From assembly GCF_009914755.1 (NCBI RefSeq), contig NC_060932.1: a DNA stretch of 64,000 nucleotides. One strand, 5' to 3'. This DNA comes from the human T2T-CHM13v2.0 reference genome, Homo sapiens. The notes under the pieces are model-generated. The model saw only the letters and a list, made by a program, of their open reading frames with translations. It ran no database searches and was not told where the DNA came from. The stretch's first letter is position 1; each line of letters starts with the position of its first letter. Positions 53,632 to 64,000 of the stretch are shown here, in pieces. The position numbers and the translations under genes are program-made.

Positions 53632-54016
53632 TACCTCATAAATAATGAGCTCTTAGTTCACTTAGGGTACTTGAAAAACATGCTGATATCGGGATCACTC
53701 ACAGACAGTCTAATTCTGTGGGTAGTAGGTAGAGCCTCAGAAAGTACATTTTCACAGTTCTCCCAAGGATAGAGTTAGTCTAAGGACCCCAACATGAGGC
53801 CCACTGCCTAATGCACTAACCCAAGACCCAGTCATGTGTGACATGAAGGAAAAGCCAGTATCAGAATTCACAGGGCGCCTGACTGTCTTTAGGAAGCAGT
53901 ACCTGGGAAGGGATAGGAATTCTAGAATGCTCCCCCCAGAGGTCAAAATGCCACTCAGGCAGGAAACGGATATGGTTTTAATCAGTGAAATTGCATGTTA
54001 GAAATAAACACATCTG

Positions 54017-60161
<6,145 letters not shown>

Positions 60162-61159
60162 TAAATAAACACATCTGCAAACCTGAATAGAAAAGTATTA
60201 TTCGATGATTCATTTACTACCCAGTAGACTTTACTGGATGATTATATGTTGGATTTTGTAAAAAATAATTGAACTAAACTCTTTGAACTTAGAAAGGAGT
60301 CCAATATACACTCAAAGGGTTATAATAAAATGGAATTGTTTGCATGAAATTTGCTAACTGATAATTTTCATTGAATGTATTTTGGATTTCCAAAACAGAA
60401 TTTTTATTTTTCATTATTTAGCAGGCCTCAATTAGATATGTTTATTTTCTTAGGTTAAAGACTATAATAATTTCTGAGAAACCTTATGCCATGCTATTAT
60501 CAATTATATTTTTAAAGGCTTTTCAAATTTGAGATCTTCTTACCCTAGGCACTTTGCAAATGAATCATTGTTAGCCCTGTTCATAATAAACTGAGAAAAT
60601 TACTCAAATTCTCTAAGTAAATGAATATGAGTGCAAATTGACTGTAGGCTCACTCATTCAGGTGGTGGTAGACATTCATCCTACATCCTCAGGGCTTAGT
60701 GTTCTGTATTGTTTGGGAAAAAAATGGGTGTATAATTAGGAACCCGGATTCCGGACATTAATCTGATCAATTTTTTCAGACCACATCTTTCACCCAGCAT
60801 CATCACTTCTTATTATATTTCTATAATTTCAACTACAAACTTTTTCTAAACTAAGAAGATTTAGTATGAGCTTCCTTATAGTATAGCCCTAAGGTAGCTT
60901 TGCAACTGTTATTTAGGAAATGAAAATAAAATGTGGTCATCCAAGAATTTTAAAAATAAGCAAAAATGCAAAGCCAAAAAGGCACATGTTAATGTTAAGA
61001 GAGTGGTATGAAACATTAAATTTGGCTAGAAATAAGGTTTTCGTTGCAAGAAGTAATGAGAAATGGGGCTGGAAAACTGAATTGAGCCAAGATATGAAGG
61101 ATTTAACAGCCAATTTGATCCCCTCACTCATGGGTGATCACGGATGCCAGGTGGAAACA

Positions 61160-63135
61160 CTTGAAAACTAAACAACACCCTTCAAAAATAATACATAGGT
61201 AAAAAATGAAGTCTCAAGGGAAACTTTTTAAATACACTGTACTGAATAAAAACAAAAATACAACATATAAAAATGTATGGGACACAGGTATAGCAGTGCT
61301 GAGAGGGTAATACTAAATGCATCCATTAGAAAAGTGAAAAGCCTCTCCCTTAAACAAAAAAAAAAGTAGAAAGGGAACAGCAAAATTAATGCAAAACAGG
61401 AGGGAGGAAAATAATAAAGGTAAGAGAAGACAGCAATGTAAGTGAAAACAGAAAAATAGAGAAAATGAAATGAAATGAAATGAAAATGAAAAGCTGGTTC
61501 TTTGAAAAGATCAATAAAATTGACAAACCTCTCACGAGACTGACAAAGAAAAAGGAGAGAAGACAAAATATGCATATCAGGAATGAAATAAGAAACATCA
61601 CTACAGACCATACAATATCCAGAGTGAAGCAAGAGAATACCAGGAATAACACTACTCTCATAAAGCACTTAGGTGAAACGAACCAATTCCTTAAAACACA
61701 TAAGCTACCCCAACTCACCCAGCATGAAAGAGATGACTTGAATAGCCCCATATCTATGAAGAATATTGAATTAATAATTTTAAAACTCCTTAAAAGAACT
61801 CTCCAGGCCAAGAAAGCTTTACTGGAAAATTCTACCAAATGTTTAAATAATTAATAGTAATCTACACAATCATCCAGAGCATAGAAAAGGAAGAAACATT
61901 TTCCAATTATTTTTATGAAACTCATATTACCCTGACTCTACATGTAAAACAATGCAAAAAGAAAACTCCAGATTAATATCTCTCATGAACATAGATGCAA
62001 AAACCATTGACAAAATATTTGCAAACTAGAATTCCACAACATTTAAAAGAGAATGATACACCATAACCAAGCAGGGTTTGTACTAAGGATACAGTCTGAT
62101 TCAATATTTGAAAATCAGTCAATGTAATCCACCTGATTAACATGCCAAAGAAGAAAAATTACATGACATGATGTTTAATTTTATGTGTCCACTTGACTGG
62201 ACCACAGGGTGTGCAGTTATTTGGTTAAATATTGTTCTGTGTGTGTCTGTAAGGGTGCTTTTGGGTGAGATTGACATTTGAATCATTAGATTGAGTAAAG
62301 AAGGCTGTCCTCCCCAGTGTGGGTGGGCCTCCTTCAACCCACTGAAGGCCTGAATAGAAAAGAAAGATTAAGTAAGAAAGAATTCTTTCTCTTTGCCTGT
62401 CTTGTCACTGGGCCATTGATCTTCTCCTGTCTTCAGACTTGGACTTGGACTGGAACCTACATCACTGGCGCTTCTATTTCTCTGGCTTTCAGTCCCAGAC
62501 TGGGACTATACCATCAGCTCTCCTGGATCTGACTTCTCAGCCTCCATGATTGTATGAGCTGATTCCTTATCATTTCTGTTTCTCTGGAGAATCCTCTCTA
62601 ACACATATGATCATATCAACTGAGGCAGAAAAAGCACTTGACAAAATTCAACATCCATTCATGATAAAAATTCTCAGAAATCTAGGAAGAGAGGAGAACA
62701 TCCTCAACTTGATAAATCTACAAAAACCTACAGTTTACAATGTACTTTATGATTGAAGACTATATGCTTTTTCTGTAAGGTCAGGAGCAAAGCAAGATGT
62801 CCTCTGTGGCCACTGTTATTCAACATACTACTGGAAGTTCTAGACACTGCAATAAGGCAAGAAAAGGAAATAAAAAGCATATACTTTGAAATGGAGGAAA
62901 TAAAACTATCCCTGTTTGCAGACAGCATGCTTATCTGAACAAAAAATCCCAAGGAATATACAAAAACAAACAAAAAACTAGAACTAAAAAGTTCAGCAAG
63001 CTCATAGAATATAAGATAAACATAGAAAACTGAATTATATTTCTACTTGTTATCTATAAACATATGGACTCTGAAATGTAAAATATAATACTATTTACAG
63101 TCACTCAGAAACAAAGGAAATACTTAGGTCTAAGC
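61160..63135 (+). mobile_element. Old L1 (L1MA/L1MB-like) ORF2 fragment
   Basis: [42 protein letters not shown]...LSLFADSM. Confidence 0.9.
62167..62604 (+). mobile_element. MLT2 (ERVL) solo LTR
   Basis: tgatgtttaattttatgtgtccacttgactgg...tctgtttctctggagaatcctctctaacaca; flanks catga/tatga. Confidence 0.85.
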
Positions 63136-63136
63136 A

Positions 63137-63288
63137 TTTTGTATTTTTAGTAGAGATGGGGTTTCACCATGTTGGCCAGGCTGGTCTCGAACTCCTTACC
63201 TCCTGCCCCCCTCAGCCTCCAAAAGTGATCCGTCTGCCTTGGCCTCCGAAAGTGCTGGGATTACAGGCGTGAACCACCGTACCCGGCC
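63137..63288 (-). mobile_element. Alu left arm only, with internal duplication
   Basis: ttttgtatttttagtagagatgggg...accgtacccggcc. Confidence 0.88.
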
Positions 63289-63450
63289 TAAGTGTTTCTT
63301 TTTCTACTGGTTATAGAGCTGGCTACTGTACTCCTTCTGGTTTCTCTCCATTGGGGTGGTCAGTTGCCCACTGGGGCACAGGAAAGGGGTTGGCTTCTGT
63401 TGAGGGCCCCAGGAGCTAAGTATAAGGATGTTCTGGGATTGGAAAAACCA

Positions 63451-64000
63451 GTGCTGATCATAATCTCAAAAGACTCAATCTGAATGCCATAAGCCCAAAA
63501 ACATAATTCTGGAAAATATAATTTTAATTTTGTTCTTAAAAAGCATTTATTTACATTCTTAAAAGGGAATTTAAGAAACATAAAACATGAAAGAATACTA
63601 CTTCATAGGCCACTTTATACAGTAAAATAGATACATATAAATAATCACATATAAATTTTTGCAAGCATAAACACCCAGGAATTCTAATGACAGTCACACA
63701 GGTATAAGAGCTATGAAGAGATGAACCATAAAAAAATCTGTCAGAAAGTGAGGTATAAGTGCGCATCACTTTGGTGCATAATTGTGTGCACCCAGCTTTA
63801 TAGCTACAGTCGTCTGAAATATTAATATCATGACAGAAAACCTAAGTCTTTTGACCAGATCTATCAAAAACCTCAGTGAGTCACCCCTGCATATGCAGTC
63901 ACCCAAAGTGCTGAGCTGTCAAGAAATAGTATCTTTTACAACCACAGATGCACAAAAAGAAGATCTCTACATTTATTGAGGAAGTTTTAATGTTCTTATA
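63451..64000 (+). mobile_element. Probable Ricksha-like (MULE) DNA transposon fragment
   Basis: gatcataatctcaaaagactcaatctgaatgccataagccc resembles the Ricksha terminus as I remember it. Confidence 0.5.

Overview
Primate (most likely human) AT-rich, repeat-dense non-coding DNA with no intact host protein-coding exon visible. The main feature is a full-length, intronless, minus-strand processed pseudogene of SBF1/MTMR5 (~26729-32900: poly(A) remnant, 3'UTR, disrupted DENN-GRAM-pseudophosphatase-PH CDS, GC-rich 5'UTR). It is probably SBF1P1, which I recall lying in an XKR4 intron on chr8q12; that placement cannot be verified from the sequence. The retrocopy sits inside an old L1. Two near-full-length, same-orientation L1PA4/L1PA3-type elements (~38080-44230 and ~54017-60161) share an identical ORF2 nonsense codon and a cluster of non-consensus substitutions, yet differ at subfamily-type positions elsewhere, which suggests interlocus gene conversion. 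Other notable points are an ATG-initiated poly-alanine uORF spanning the GCN repeat of the SBF1 leader, and an L1 ORF0 that stays open for 171 codons across the element's boundary. The rest is Alu, old L1M, L2, MIR, MaLR/ERV LTRs and DNA-transposon fossils. Subfamily calls and consensus comparisons are from memory and need RepeatMasker/Dfam confirmation.
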